Assembly: GCF_036321535.1 (NCBI RefSeq)
Contig: NC_087447.1
Location: 43,650,001-43,714,000 of the forward strand
Direction: 5' to 3'
DNA from: Camelus dromedarius
Taxonomy: Eukaryota
Length of the DNA: 64,000 nucleotides
In this document: one piece after another, positions 62,171-64,000 of the stretch
How the letters are laid out: the number at the start of each line of letters is the position of its first letter
How positions within the stretch are numbered: the stretch's first letter is position 1
Position numbers and translations under genes: made by a program
Notes under the pieces: model-generated
Databases searched by the model: none
Told to the model about the DNA's origin: nothing
The model's input: only the letters and a program-made list of their open reading frames with translations

Positions 62171-64000
62171 GAAACAGGACACAGTCCCCCATCCCCCAAA
62201 GGCTGTGAAACAAGGTCTCTTTTCTGAGCAAATGCTTCCCCTCCAGCTCTGTGCCTTCTTGACCATCGGCATCCACCTCATTGCCCCAAAACACAAAGAT
62301 TCAGTCTTGCTCCAATGCCCTCTTGGGCTGGTCCAAGGACAAGGTCTCCTAGCCCCCTACCAGGTCACACCTCATCCTCTTCTGCTGGAACCTCCCTCTC
62401 TGCATGGGAAAATAAAAGAGACAGAGTATTTCCACCTTCAAAAACCTGGGCTAAGAAAAACCTGCTCTCCAAGCCACCCCGGCTTAAGGAAGCACATAAG
62501 AAGGGGTGGGTGGGCCAGGCAGATGGGAAGTACTGGAGACTGGGGCGGGAGTCCACTACATCACCACAGGGACTGATGGAAAGGGAGGGCCTTGATGGAG
62601 TCAGAGGAAGTGCGTGGGAATCAGAAGAGGACATTGGGGTACCAGCTCAGAAAAGGCAAGGAGTATACCTGGGAGCTCATCAGAGTGGATACAAATGATG
62701 AAACTAAAAAGGCAAGTTGAGGTTGGGTTAAAAATGTCTTAAAGGCCAAACAGGCAGAAAAGCCTGGGTCTTCTTGTTCAGACTAAGCGCAAGTCCTTGG
62801 GCATGGGTTGGGTCAGGTTCACAGGATGAAAAGGGATTTTTCTTTAAAGAGCATTTTAAAAAGAAGAATCTGGCAGTTGTGTTTCAGGTAGACAACAGGA
62901 AGGTACTGATTATACTGCCTTTGATACATTCATTACTTCGTACTTTGTCTTTTGGTTTTTATTTTCTTTTTAATGCTCCTTAAACTTCTAAAAGTGGAAG
63001 AAAAATATGTTTTATTTGAGTCATCCTCGGGGGATCTGAAGTCTCCTTGCTTCGAGTCTCCCTCAGGAGACTTCAAACTGTCCACAGAGGCCAGAGCTCA
63101 CAGCCTGGGTCTCAGGGACAGAAAGGGCTTTCTCACACTGCATTATGTGCAGAATTAGTTCCGCCACAGACAGAACTTCTGCACAAGGTGCAGAGGCACC
63201 ACATCTATCCCAGCGGCTGGGACATGACACCTACGGTCCCAGGCACATCGTGGCTGGAAGCTCTCCTGGGTAAAAATCTTCATTTGGATACAGGCAAATA
63301 AAGAGTAAGCGGTGGGAAGTGCACTTCTCACCTGTTTCCTCCAGGAAGAGGTCCTTTTTCAATCCTTAAGACAATGGATGTAAACCTTTGTCAAAATGTC
63401 TGGTCACCTCACCGTGCTCTCAGGTGGCTGCAATGCCCTCATCCCGGAAACTGAGCAGGGGCTGAGCACACTCAGGATTTCTGCTGGGTTCTAAACTCAT
63501 AATTTTCTAAATAGTTGGCTGGAGAGATAAGGAAAGAGAACTGGACTGGGAGACAGAAAACAGGGTTCAACATGAATAACCGTGAGGTCCTGAGCCTTCT
63601 CTTGGGCTTTTTTAAATGAGGGGTTTGTACGTGTTGATCCCAACAAGCCCTCAGGCTCTCTAATTTGGTTCATTTGCCTCACTTTTCACAACACAGCTCA
63701 CCAGACGCCACATCACAGCTAGAGTAATTTTCTCAAAATATGAATTGGATCCCCCCCAACCATGTATCTCATGCCACTCCCCTGCTACGAGTCTCCCATC
63801 ACACAAACCACATCACCCACAACCCTTACCGCAGCCTTCGCTGTCCTGTGTGATCTGGTGTCTGCCCGTGTCTCCCCTCCATTACTGAGCTCAGACACAT
63901 GGTTTTCTCCCCATTTTTCACCTAACTCACTCCTACTTTTTCAGGTTTCAGTGAAGTGTTACTTCCTCAAAGAAGGCCTCCTGACCATTCCTTCTCAATC

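Noticed and set aside
1..64000. CRISPR array, operon, prophage or other prokaryotic system
   Set aside because: No regularly spaced repeat-spacer array or dense ORFs; the sequence is intron-rich mammalian DNA.

Overview
Mammalian genomic DNA, almost certainly camelid, because it carries about 10 copies of a tRNA-Ala-derived SINE matching the camelid Vic-1 family. The whole window lies inside one minus-strand gene, PPFIBP2 (liprin-beta-2). Fourteen core coding exons (about exons 4-17 in human numbering, recalled) have GT-AG boundaries and compatible phases. They run from the N-terminal coiled coil to just before the first SAM domain; the first exons and the SAM exons lie outside the window. 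Introns hold L1 3' fragments (one with a twin-priming inversion), two ERV1-type solo LTRs, and MaLR, L2, MIR and MER remnants. No prokaryotic-type system is present, and most ORF-track entries are spurious. The most notable signals are extra exon-like segments on the gene strand: a 33-nt cassette carrying an RSxSxP motif, a coiled-coil cassette, candidate poison micro-exons, and several decayed coding-like segments that keep splice sites. One of these is a 21-bp repeat whose units differ largely at synonymous positions. All of these are hypotheses from sequence reading and need RNA-seq or comparative tests.
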